A DNA stretch of 64,000 bases, taken from assembly GCA_964404275.1 (NCBI GenBank), contig CAYOJH010000006.1:1525-65524 (forward strand). The letters are read 5' to 3'. Position numbers and translations under genes: made by a program. Below, piece by piece: positions 48,401 through 56,010 of this stretch (within the stretch, counting starts at the first letter, position 1; every line of letters begins with the position of its first letter). The DNA comes from an uncultured Gammaproteobacteria bacterium. GTDB taxonomy: Bacteria; Patescibacteriota; Patescibacteriia; SG8-24; DYFX01. The notes below the pieces were generated by a model that was not told the origin of the DNA, ran no database searches, and was given only the letters and a program-made list of their open reading frames with translations.

Positions 48401-49149
48401 TATCCGGAAAGCTCTACAGGTCCGATGAGCAGCTCCGCTCTACGGTTTCGGGTAAATCCGGACATCGCCAAGAGTTTATAAAATGCGCGGTAACCAGTCA
48501 GCCCTTACTGAGGGAAGAAGCAGAGCAATGCGAAGTAACTGGCACGCTAGTTGCGCCCGGCATCCTCGAAGAGTGTTCGGTGACGAAGAAAAAGGTCTTG
48601 CCGAGCGAACTGGCGAAAAGCGAATTCAGCGGAAAAATGGCACTCCAAAAGTACTTCGTTTCTAGTTCAATTTCAGATGGCAAAATTCTTGAGTCCGAAG
48701 CCGTTCGATCTTCGAAGGGAAAATATTGCTCCCCCGCAGAAGTAAAACCGTGCGCATGGAGCGGTCTTAAATACCACCCTGATGATTTAGAGATATGTCA
48801 CCTGTCGGGTCTTTCAGTTCACTCCGTATACGTTACACCCGATGGCCCTCCAAGAATTACGTCACTGGCCCGACTCCTTGATGGAACGCTCAGAAAAGCT
48901 GATGGGACTGAATATTGGCAGAAAATCGTTGATGCTCTAGCTGGCTCGGTTGGCGGCGTTCTCAAGGTGGATGCGGCGGAGTTTTCTCCGGACGGCACGC
49001 TACTCGCGGTTTGCTTGGAATCAACGAAATGGTTGGTGAAGACTCGCTATTTGGGCCTCGTGTTTTCATTGCGACAAAACTCGGCTACGGGTCGAATCGT
49101 GTCTGGAAAGCGAAAGGATCATAGGTGGATTGACGACCTCGTAATTTAA
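45451..49149 (+). CDS. SNF2/Rad54-family (SF2) helicase, 1232 aa, with long C-terminal extension containing degenerate Cys/Ser-Gly-Lys tandem repeats
   Basis: Motif I DDVGLGKT, II ILDEAHKLRN, III LMLTATPIQNRLWDLYSLIDLL, helicase-C motifs YDLPWNPMVVEQRIGRIQRL; residues ~880-1125 form ~15 tandem ~15-aa repeats. Confidence 0.85.
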   Translation: MDNPAIPLKVKLLWKASKPADFDLYKAALEWSLVDPIIIENRDDLKSEYLWRDKIKPYHHQVTNLITFCRRLPVTLLADDVGLGKTISAGLIASELMTRDRVSKILIVCPKLLMNQWSEELEQKFGIASTTAIGKTLIKAKPPKDVGAVITTYTSAKLYLDDLEDAGYQMLILDEAHKLRNLYGVDPTPQVATRFRKALKDRLFRYVLMLTATPIQNRLWDLYSLIDLLTVARGHENPFGSEGIFARKFIDDDRTQARRLNLGAKDEFRSIIYQYMSRVRRGDAQLYFPERKVLLKSVAPTAEESELIGIIAEPIQELNRLGQISVLQALISSPDALAAQLRTMARNETIPAELATRVREVVKKMKTTAKMQGLGSLVEKLRKERPEDWRMVVFTTRRETQTTIQAFLEGQGIACGVINGDSGRRNQETINNFKCYPPQINVIISTEAGSEGVNLQAANVLVNYDLPWNPMVVEQRIGRIQRLASEHKTVSIFNIILKGTFEEYIVGRLMEKLQMASQAIGDVESLLQASGMEEGEGEITSFEEQIRRLVIESLAGKDVEEATRMAEKSIEHAEAELDREEKNIDSMLGGMGDVVGVDPYPPKLTPVNHSMGLREFVLGALEAQGEKVTAQPNGLYVSESHGQKELFRFDNEVADPETTSTLYAPGSPAFERLVNRCTSRGYHTVNDVDIEPLKKAMDIAGGWAKAFDGRFDSAAPLAVYRNFEGSAIIRVHATVAHDSYERLVESDCAIKMDHDLGKLGLEPLHASISDPHKVGLDTDCLIDKAFHDPDISEFCRFYGERLEQELKAVGDDERKRKKTVDDFTPRIAVELVGLNGNIHRRIKLNTKYRIDEGEYESSLTVIPNSEEVIEAPEIKKCEKTGRHAPADCFGICEISKLQVLRHLLVASDISDRQALPEHVIKCSYSGKKVLIDEAAKSDISGHFVTASLLLTSAISGKKGEPTYFGQCEFTSVTALKDELLTSEVSGKLYRSDEQLRSTVSGKSGHRQEFIKCAVTSQPLLREEAEQCEVTGTLVAPGILEECSVTKKKVLPSELAKSEFSGKMALQKYFVSSSISDGKILESEAVRSSKGKYCSPAEVKPCAWSGLKYHPDDLEICHLSGLSVHSVYVTPDGPPRITSLARLLDGTLRKADGTEYWQKIVDALAGSVGGVLKVDAAEFSPDGTLLAVCLESTKWLVKTRYLGLVFSLRQNSATGRIVSGKRKDHRWIDDLVI

Positions 49150-49195
49150 GTGAACGATCCTTGACGCGGGGTATGTAGGCGATAGGCTGGTCTGC

Positions 49196-49453
49196 ATGAA
49201 CCCCAGAACGTCACCCACTTTTGCGAATGACGGATACCGAAGGATTTTTTGTAATGCCTGCGGTCACTTTATCGGGGAGACTCATCTTGGCGAAAAACGG
49301 GAGAGGCAGCTCCGTTGTAAGTTCTGCGGCACGACCGTCAATTTACGACCGCCCCTGAAAGTGGAGCACGATAGCCAGAGGTACATCGAATTTGGCCCTC
49401 AAGCCGCCTGCTTCACGGCTGATTTGACTGACCCGCCTCGTCAGGGTAATTAG
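49196..49453 (+). CDS. small zinc-ribbon protein
   Basis: CNACGH...CKFCG (CxxC-x20-CxxC) in 85-aa ORF directly downstream of helicase. Confidence 0.45.
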   Translation: MNPRTSPTFANDGYRRIFCNACGHFIGETHLGEKRERQLRCKFCGTTVNLRPPLKVEHDSQRYIEFGPQAACFTADLTDPPRQGN

Positions 49454-49521
49454 TATCAATCGACCCGTAACAACCGATTTCGGGCTATAAAGGCACCCCC
49501 TTCCTAGGCGGGTGTGAAGAG

Positions 49522-49567
49522 AGCCCGGCAGAAGCCTGTTTTTTGGCTTCTAGCCGGGCTTTTTTTA
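49522..49567. terminator. strong rho-independent terminator
   Basis: agcccggcagaagcc-tgtttttt-ggcttctagccgggct followed by ttttttt. Confidence 0.55.
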
Positions 49568-49613
49568 TTGGTCACCCCTTGGGGCAGACACCACAAAATA
49601 CCCGCTTTCTGCC

Positions 49614-49814
49614 ATGCTTTCCCTAGCACAAGCAAGGAAAATCGATCCTAGTTTGGAGGATGTGTCCGACGAAGAATTGTTGGGCATTCTTGAGGCGTTG
49701 TATGCATTTGGTCGGGTGGCACTAGATACTTGGTCCACTAAGCAGCATGTTTCCAATAATCCCCTTGGGGTCCAGACTGAAGCAGTAGCACCCGGTATGC
49801 TGCATAGAACATGA
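49614..49814 (+). CDS. small ORF translationally coupled to recombinase (possible accessory/directionality factor)
   Basis: 66-aa ORF whose stop overlaps recombinase ATG (ATGA); no motif; may be spurious. Confidence 0.2.
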   Translation: MLSLAQARKIDPSLEDVSDEELLGILEALYAFGRVALDTWSTKQHVSNNPLGVQTEAVAPGMLHRT

Positions 49815-51343
49815 GCCAAATTTTGAATAAAACCTGCGTCATTTATTGTCGTGTCTCTTCGAAAGAGCAGGTTGAAGGGACGAGTTTGGAAACCCAACAA
49901 CGGCTTTGTCGAGAATACGCTGATCAGCAAGGTTGGTTGGTTTCCGAGATTTTCATGGAACTTGGTGAATCAGCAAAGACGGCTGATCGAACTGAATTTG
50001 CCAAGGCAATCAACTACTGCACGAGCAAAAAAGGTCGCACTTCGTATTTTGTGGTCTATAAGCTCGACCGCTTTAGTCGGAAAGCTGAAGATCATCTCAT
50101 GATCCGTGCTGTTTTGAGTAAGGCGGGTACTGAATTGCGTTCAGTTACCGAGCCAATCAACGAAACTGCAACGGGAAAACTGATGGAGACGGTCATTGCG
50201 GGATTTGCTGAATTCGACAACAACGTAAGGACTGAGCGAACCAAGAACGGGATGATTCAGCGAGTGCAGGAAGGTATTTGGGTATGGACTCCACCACTCG
50301 GATACCACAAACCCGTCAGGGGTAAAAAGACAAACATCGTTCCCGACCCTCTCGTGGCCCCGCTCATAAGGGCTGGCTTTGAGGAATACGCCAAAGGGGG
50401 ACGCACGTACAAGGCTTTGGCGGCCTTCTGGACGCGACAGGGCCTGCTCACGAAGCGAGGAAGGCCAATCAAGCTTCAAGAGGTTCAGAAGATGCTTAGG
50501 AACCCGGTTTATTGCGGCACCATCAGGGCCTTTGGGGGAGAATGGAACGGCGGCTTCGAACCCATTGTCTCCCGGCAGTTGTTTCTGGCTTGTCAGGACA
50601 AAGTAGGGAATTCGAGCTGGTCGGCACCACGCCTGACTGACAATGCGACGTTCCCACTTCGTAAGCTGGTCATCTGCTCTGAGTGTGGGACGACGCTGAC
50701 CGGGAGTTCAACAAGGGGGAGGCAGGGAAAGCGCTACCCTTACTACCATCATTCCAAGAAAAACTGCACGAGGCCGAAAACCATCCCCAAAGAAAAATTC
50801 GAAAAGGCTTTTCTTGAGTGTCTGGCCAAGGTTGAGCCAAACAAGAAATACGAGCACCTATTCAAGGCGGTCATTACTGATATTTGGAAAACAAACCACA
50901 AGAATCTTGATGACCAAAAATCATCCGTTCGTAGGAACATCGAAAAGTTGGAAATTGAAAAACAGAGGATTTTCGAGTTGCATCGTGCAGGCACATATTC
51001 AGATCAGGATTTCAAAGAACAGCGTGCTATCGTGGCGGGGAAGATGGAGGTCCAATACAGCTTGATCGAGGAGTACAGGGGAGAGGAATTCAATATGGAT
51101 GAGGCCTTGGAATACTGCTTCGATTTTGTTGGCAAGGCGACCAAAACTTGGTTGGAGCTAGAGGGCAACTACCCAGCCCGAATCCGTTTTCAAAACCTTA
51201 TTTTCAAGGCGCGGCTGACTTTTGACGGGGAGGAATTTGGAAACACGAAATTATCGCCAATCTTCCAACTAAAAGCGACCTCTCGCGGGGAGAAGTCGCT
51301 TTTGGTAGCCCCAAGGGGAGTCGAACCCCTATTTACTCCGTGA
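49811..51343 (+). CDS. large serine recombinase (resolvase/invertase N-terminal catalytic domain + recombinase domain + zinc ribbon)
   Basis: CVIYCRVSSKEQ catalytic Ser motif, YKLDRFSRK, recombinase domain, zinc-ribbon ICSECGTTLTG...C; 3-prime ~40 nt of ORF read through the tRNA-Glu 3-prime half, so true C-terminus uncertain. Confidence 0.85.
   Translation: MSQILNKTCVIYCRVSSKEQVEGTSLETQQRLCREYADQQGWLVSEIFMELGESAKTADRTEFAKAINYCTSKKGRTSYFVVYKLDRFSRKAEDHLMIRAVLSKAGTELRSVTEPINETATGKLMETVIAGFAEFDNNVRTERTKNGMIQRVQEGIWVWTPPLGYHKPVRGKKTNIVPDPLVAPLIRAGFEEYAKGGRTYKALAAFWTRQGLLTKRGRPIKLQEVQKMLRNPVYCGTIRAFGGEWNGGFEPIVSRQLFLACQDKVGNSSWSAPRLTDNATFPLRKLVICSECGTTLTGSSTRGRQGKRYPYYHHSKKNCTRPKTIPKEKFEKAFLECLAKVEPNKKYEHLFKAVITDIWKTNHKNLDDQKSSVRRNIEKLEIEKQRIFELHRAGTYSDQDFKEQRAIVAGKMEVQYSLIEEYRGEEFNMDEALEYCFDFVGKATKTWLELEGNYPARIRFQNLIFKARLTFDGEEFGNTKLSPIFQLKATSRGEKSLLVAPRGVEPLFTP
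51294..51310. repeat. right direct repeat (att-like) GTCGCTTTTGGTAGCCC overlapping tRNA 3-prime end
   Basis: See left repeat. Confidence 0.5.
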
Positions 51344-51378
51344 AAGGGAGTTGTCCTAGCCATTAGACGATGAGGCCG
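51303..51378 (-). tRNA. tRNA-Glu (anticodon UUC)
   Basis: Manual fold of minus strand: acceptor GGCCUCA/UGGGGCU (with G1-U72 and U5-G68 wobbles), D-arm GUCU-AAUGGCUA-GGAC, anticodon arm ACUCC-CUUUCAC-GGAGU (UUC), T-arm AGGGG-UUCGACU-CCCCU, discriminator A, encoded CCA. Confidence 0.6.
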
Positions 51379-51493
51379 GGCGTGCGTTGAACACGGGTAA
51401 TCTATAGTGAAAACGCGGGGGCGTCAAGGCGCGCGGAAGCCATCCACAGGGCGTCCGCCGCGCGCGGGTGTATGGTCGCAAGAGGAGGAGACC

Positions 51494-52222
51494 ATGTTCA
51501 TTCGCCGATCGATTCCGGTTCTGCTTTGCCTGGCGGCGATCTTCGCCTGCGAAGACGGCGCCGTCGTTCCGGCCGACGATGCGTGCCCCGGCATCGCGCC
51601 TCCTTCGCAAGAAGACGAGATCCTCGCGGGCTACGCCGCCGCCGCGCGCGCCTACGAAGCGGACAATCATCTGCAGGCCGGCTGGGCCGATTGGATGATC
51701 CTGCATCGGGACATTTTCAAGAAGGCTTACGTTCGCGCCCGCACGGACCGGCGCATTCGCGTGCGCGTCGGATACCTGAACCCGATCGTCTTCGATCCGC
51801 CCTGGACCTCCGAGACGGAGCACTTCGCCGCGCTCGAGCGGATGATGGAGCTGGCCTATCCGGGCTGGGACTTCTCGTTCTCGGCCGACGATCCCGCCGC
51901 GGAGTTCACGGTTCTGCTCGGCGACAAGAACATCTCCTACGCGGACGGCGACACGGTCCGCCTCGTATGGGAGGGCATCCTGCCGCACGAGTTCGGTCAC
52001 GAGCTCGGGCTGACGCATCACTACTGCGACGAGACGCTCCAGCCGTGCGCGGCCACGCCGCCGGGCGAGTACGAAGCGACCTGCATCATGTCGCGCAACT
52101 CCGGAACCTGGGGTCCGGCCGAGCAGTTCGTGCTGAATCTCGGTCAGCAGCGTTACAACCAGCAGGTCTACGATGTCATGAACGATCTCAACGGCCGCTA
52201 TCCGCCCGATTGGCCGAACTGA
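51494..52222 (+). CDS. metzincin-like zinc metalloprotease lipoprotein
   Basis: Signal/lipobox (VLLCLAAIFAC); HEFGHELGLTHH = HExxHxxGxxH metzincin motif. Confidence 0.55.
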   Translation: MFIRRSIPVLLCLAAIFACEDGAVVPADDACPGIAPPSQEDEILAGYAAAARAYEADNHLQAGWADWMILHRDIFKKAYVRARTDRRIRVRVGYLNPIVFDPPWTSETEHFAALERMMELAYPGWDFSFSADDPAAEFTVLLGDKNISYADGDTVRLVWEGILPHEFGHELGLTHHYCDETLQPCAATPPGEYEATCIMSRNSGTWGPAEQFVLNLGQQRYNQQVYDVMNDLNGRYPPDWPN

Positions 52223-52290
52223 ATGCCGCCCCGACCGATACCGGGGCCTTTTCTTTTTACGAAAAAAAGACCCGACGTGATGTCGGGGGT

Positions 52291-52815
52291 TCAGGCGGCC
52301 AGCGCGTCGGCCGTGAGGCGGGCGCGCAGCTGTTCGACGGCCTTGAAAGCGTTGCTTTTGACCGTGCCTTCGGTGACGCCGAGCGCGGCGGCGGCTTCGG
52401 GGAAGGTGCATTCCTCGAGGCGGACGAGTCGCAGCGCGGCCACCAAGCGGGGGATGCGCGGTTCGAGCGCGTCGATGGCGTCGAGCACTTGTCGGCACGC
52501 GACGATCGTCTCGGGAGAGGGCGCAGGGTCGACGTCTTCCTGACGCGCGTCTTTCGCGTTCGGTTCCGAGGGCAGCCGCCGGCTGCGCTGGAGATGCGTG
52601 AAGGCGGCGCTCGTTGCGACCTGGTAGAGCCAGCTCTTGTAATGCGTGACCGGATGGCGCAGCGCGGAGACGGCGCCCTTCACCCAGGCGTCTTGCAGGA
52701 CGTCGGCCGTCTCTTCGGAGCGCTTGCCCAGGATGCGTCGGACGACCGCTTCGAGCACCGGACGATACGACAGGAATTCCCGCGTGAAACGTTCGATGCG
52801 ATCTTGACGATCCAT
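52291..52815 (-). CDS. RNA polymerase sigma-70 factor, ECF subfamily
   Basis: Region 2 (VLQDAWVKGAVSALRHPVTHYKSWLYQVA) and region 4 HTH (ECTFPEAAAALGVTEGTVKS); ATG at 52815 (MDRQDRI); ORF track extends upstream. Confidence 0.75.
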   Translation of the reverse strand: MDRQDRIERFTREFLSYRPVLEAVVRRILGKRSEETADVLQDAWVKGAVSALRHPVTHYKSWLYQVATSAAFTHLQRSRRLPSEPNAKDARQEDVDPAPSPETIVACRQVLDAIDALEPRIPRLVAALRLVRLEECTFPEAAAALGVTEGTVKSNAFKAVEQLRARLTADALAA

Positions 52816-52882
52816 GAGAGCCTCCTCTTGAAAGGTTCGTGACGAAGTAGTACCATCAAACATCGCTTCTGTCAATCCTCCC

Positions 52883-53938
52883 ATGCGCATCCTCGGCATC
52901 GAAACGTCTTGCGACGAGACCTCGGTCGCCCTGCTCGACGTGAACAAGGGCGTTGCTCGCATCGCGAAGCACCTCACGGCTTCGCAGGTTTTGAAGCACG
53001 CGCAGTATGGCGGCGTCGTTCCGGAGGTGGCCGCGCGCCTGCATGCCGAAACGCTGCCGCTCTTGATCGACGAGATGGGCGTCAGCGGAAAGGATCTCGA
53101 TGGCATCGCCGTCACGCGCGGTCCGGGACTCATCACCTCGCTGCGGGTCGGCACGGATTTCGCCCGCGCCTTGGCCTATGGCTGGAATCTTCCGCTCGTC
53201 GGCGCGAATCACATCGAAGGCCATATCGCGGCCAACTGGATCGGAAAAAAAGTGGCCGCGGCCTATCGGTTTCCGGCCCTGGTGCTGGTCGTTTCGGGCG
53301 GCCATACGGAACTTATTCTGATGAAAGGCTTCGGAAAGTACGAACGGATCGGTTCGACGCTTGACGATGCCGCCGGCGAAGCCTTCGACAAGGTCGCCAA
53401 GATGCTCGACCTCGGTTATCCGGGCGGTCCGGCCGTCTCGAAGCGCGCCTTGCTTGGAAATCCGGAGACGTTCGCGTTTCCGCGCCCGCTGCTCAACAAA
53501 CAAAATTTCGATTTCAGCTTTTCCGGCCTCAAGACCGCTGTCCTCTACACGCTCCAGCGCAAGAAGAACTGGTCGGCCGAGAACGTGAACGATATCTGCG
53601 CGTCATTCCAAGCGGCCGTCGTCGAGACGTTGGTCATCAAGACGCTTCGCGCCGCCAAAGCGAAGAACGCAAAAACCGTTTTTCTGGCCGGAGGCGTCGC
53701 CGCCAACGCGACGCTGCGCGAAACGCTGGCGGCCTCCGTCAAAAAAGAATTGCCCGGCGTCGAAGCCGTCATCCCGGCCTTGGAATACTGCACCGACAAC
53801 GCCGCCATGATCGCCATGGCCGGCTATTTCAGCTTCATGTCGCTGTCTTCCCGCTTTTCTTCGCCGTCATCCCGAGCGAAGCCGAGGGATGCATGGAAAG
53901 GCATGGAAGCCGATCCGACCTGGGAACTCGGCATATGA
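52883..53938 (+). CDS. tsaD: tRNA N6-adenosine threonylcarbamoyltransferase TsaD (Kae1/Gcp)
   Basis: [23 protein letters not shown] metal-binding motif, GGVAAN; full-length ~350 aa. Confidence 0.9.
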   Translation: MRILGIETSCDETSVALLDVNKGVARIAKHLTASQVLKHAQYGGVVPEVAARLHAETLPLLIDEMGVSGKDLDGIAVTRGPGLITSLRVGTDFARALAYGWNLPLVGANHIEGHIAANWIGKKVAAAYRFPALVLVVSGGHTELILMKGFGKYERIGSTLDDAAGEAFDKVAKMLDLGYPGGPAVSKRALLGNPETFAFPRPLLNKQNFDFSFSGLKTAVLYTLQRKKNWSAENVNDICASFQAAVVETLVIKTLRAAKAKNAKTVFLAGGVAANATLRETLAASVKKELPGVEAVIPALEYCTDNAAMIAMAGYFSFMSLSSRFSSPSSRAKPRDAWKGMEADPTWELGI

Positions 53939-54366
53939 GACAGCGTTTCCATTCCCACGCGGCTGCGCAGACGGCGCGCGTCGCCAAGGCGCTCGCGGAG
54001 AGCGTCCAAGGCGGCGAAGTCATCGCACTCATCGGCGATCTCGGCGCGGGCAAGACGACCTTCGCGCAAGCGTTCGCCAAGGCGCTCGGCATCCGCAAGC
54101 GGGTCCAGAGCCCGACCTTCGTCTTGATGCAGGAGTATCCGTTGATCCGCCATCGCGGGCTCAAGAAATTTTTGCACGTCGACGCCTATCGCGCCGATGA
54201 GGCGCAATTCAAATCCATCGGCCTTCTGGAATATCTCGGCCAACCCGACACCGTCGTCCTGATCGAATGGGCCGATCGCCTTCCGCGCCTCATCCCGAAA
54301 AAATCGATCACCGTGCGCCTGACGCATGAAGGCGGCGATGAACGCACGATCCTCGTGACCGGTTGA
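53935..54366 (+). CDS. tsaE: tRNA threonylcarbamoyladenosine biosynthesis ATPase TsaE (YjeE)
   Basis: Walker [11 protein letters not shown] and [10 protein letters not shown] motif; ATGA overlap with tsaD stop. Confidence 0.8.
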   Translation: MRQRFHSHAAAQTARVAKALAESVQGGEVIALIGDLGAGKTTFAQAFAKALGIRKRVQSPTFVLMQEYPLIRHRGLKKFLHVDAYRADEAQFKSIGLLEYLGQPDTVVLIEWADRLPRLIPKKSITVRLTHEGGDERTILVTG

Positions 54367-54446
54367 GGACGGGGGATTGAACTCCTTCGGGCGAAATGCT
54401 AGCGTCAAATCAGGCCTTTCCATCAACCTGACCCAAGGAGTACGTC

Positions 54447-55973
54447 ATGGGCAATGATCCCGTTTGGATTCGCATCGCGAACCGCGGGTCCTGCCCGCGG
54501 AATCGCCTCATGATCTTCGGCGTTTCGGACGAAAAAAGCGTGGTCGATTCCACCAACCCGCACAGCATCTTCAAGTCGGGAGCCAAGATCTCCCCGCTGG
54601 TCGCGCTGCGGCACGGCCTCGACATGCACGTGGTTTCGCGCGACGCGAAAGGCGCGTACCACTTGAGCTACGAAGCGCGGACGTCGTCCGACGACGAGAA
54701 CTTCCGCCAGTACGTGATCATCTGCAAGGACAAGGACGGAGAATCCGCGACGATCCCGATGCCGTTCAACGTCGACAGCTCCTTCAAGAACTGGAGCAAT
54801 CCGATCGGCGACGATCCGCTCAAGGAATTCCCGGTCTGGCGCGAAGCGTTCAACAACGCGCGCGGCAACGATCCAACGGGACCGGTCCTCTCGGAGCTCG
54901 AGAGGCTTCATTGGATGCCCGACGGGCAACACGCCGTCTACATCCGCAGGACGTCCGACTACGAAGCGATCATGGCGCACCCGGATCGCTACTTCAAGTG
55001 GCTGTCCGGCACGGCGCCGCTCTTGTCCGTTCCCGGCCTGAAGGGAAGCGTCGTGCTCCGGATTTTTCCGAAGTCCGAGGAAGGCGCGACGCGCCTGTTC
55101 GCGCACGGCACGCTGGCCTACTGTTCGAAAGGCGGAGCCGACGCGTCGCTGTTCGATTACAGCTTCGACGTCGAGAACCTGCTGACCGAGGAGCGCGTCT
55201 TCGCGAATACCTCGACGGTCTTTCAGTGGCTCAGCATCGTCCTGGCGGCCTTGGTCGACAAGGCCTTGATCGCCCGGATCATGGCCGCGATCCAGAACGG
55301 GGACGCGCCTTTCGAAGAGCACGCGCTTTCCTACACGTGCAGCTTGGACAGCTTCGGGGGAGCGGAGCATTGGCTGTCGGCCTGGACCACGACCTACGGC
55401 GACAATGCCGTCATGTCGAATCCGGGCTTCGGCGACGAATACGTCCGCTCCACGCTGAACAAGACGCCGGTCCTGGTGCTCTCGCCCACGCTCCGCGCGT
55501 TTCTCAAGCGCTGCGGAGTGCGGGAAGCGAACGACTTCGCTCCGAAGATGATCGAAGGTTCGACCTTCAAGGTCGCGGAGCTGACCGACGAGGAGAAGTC
55601 GCGGGCGCGCAAGGTGTTCGACGCGATGCGCAAGGAGCATCCGGACGTCACGCTGCCGATCACGCCCTTCGAGCCGATCGGCAACGAGCTGCGAGAGATC
55701 GAAGGCTTCGTGCTGAAATCCGGAGACGGCACCCCGCTCGGCATCTACGTCATGAAAAAGATGTACCGTTCGACGCGCTGGCTGATGGTGGTCGTGAATC
55801 ACGAATACCGCCATGTCCGGACCGGCGCGTACGACTTCACCAAGCCGTTCGAAGAATGCGCCGATCAGGATGAAGGCCGGCTGCTTCTCGAGAAGCACTG
55901 GATCGACGACGACACGCCAAGCGATGTCGAACTCGCGATCGAAGAGCTTCACCTCTTCACGGACGATCCGTAA
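54447..55973 (+). CDS. hypothetical protein (508 aa) with possible HExxH motif
   Basis: Good RBS (aaggag); VVNHEYRHV could be a metalloprotease HExxH; otherwise no recognisable domain. Confidence 0.5.
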   Translation: MGNDPVWIRIANRGSCPRNRLMIFGVSDEKSVVDSTNPHSIFKSGAKISPLVALRHGLDMHVVSRDAKGAYHLSYEARTSSDDENFRQYVIICKDKDGESATIPMPFNVDSSFKNWSNPIGDDPLKEFPVWREAFNNARGNDPTGPVLSELERLHWMPDGQHAVYIRRTSDYEAIMAHPDRYFKWLSGTAPLLSVPGLKGSVVLRIFPKSEEGATRLFAHGTLAYCSKGGADASLFDYSFDVENLLTEERVFANTSTVFQWLSIVLAALVDKALIARIMAAIQNGDAPFEEHALSYTCSLDSFGGAEHWLSAWTTTYGDNAVMSNPGFGDEYVRSTLNKTPVLVLSPTLRAFLKRCGVREANDFAPKMIEGSTFKVAELTDEEKSRARKVFDAMRKEHPDVTLPITPFEPIGNELREIEGFVLKSGDGTPLGIYVMKKMYRSTRWLMVVVNHEYRHVRTGAYDFTKPFEECADQDEGRLLLEKHWIDDDTPSDVELAIEELHLFTDDP

Positions 55974-56010
55974 ATCGCAAACCCCCGCCGCCAGGCGAGG
56001 GTTTTTTCTT

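Larger units (their letters stand above)
43743..51310. mobile_element. integrative genomic island (~7.6 kb) inserted at 3-prime end of tRNA-Glu, carrying serine recombinase and a helicase-nuclease gene pair
   Basis: GC content visibly lower than flanks; flanked by 17-bp direct repeats (16/17 identical); serine recombinase gene abuts the tRNA; boundaries coincide with repeats. Confidence 0.55.

Noticed and set aside
51303-51378. Possibility that the tRNA-like sequence is only a partial tRNA remnant (pseudo-tRNA)
   Set aside because: A full cloverleaf with all arms, anticodon loop U33/A37 and encoded CCA can be drawn. The acceptor wobbles are noted as a caveat rather than grounds to call it a pseudogene.
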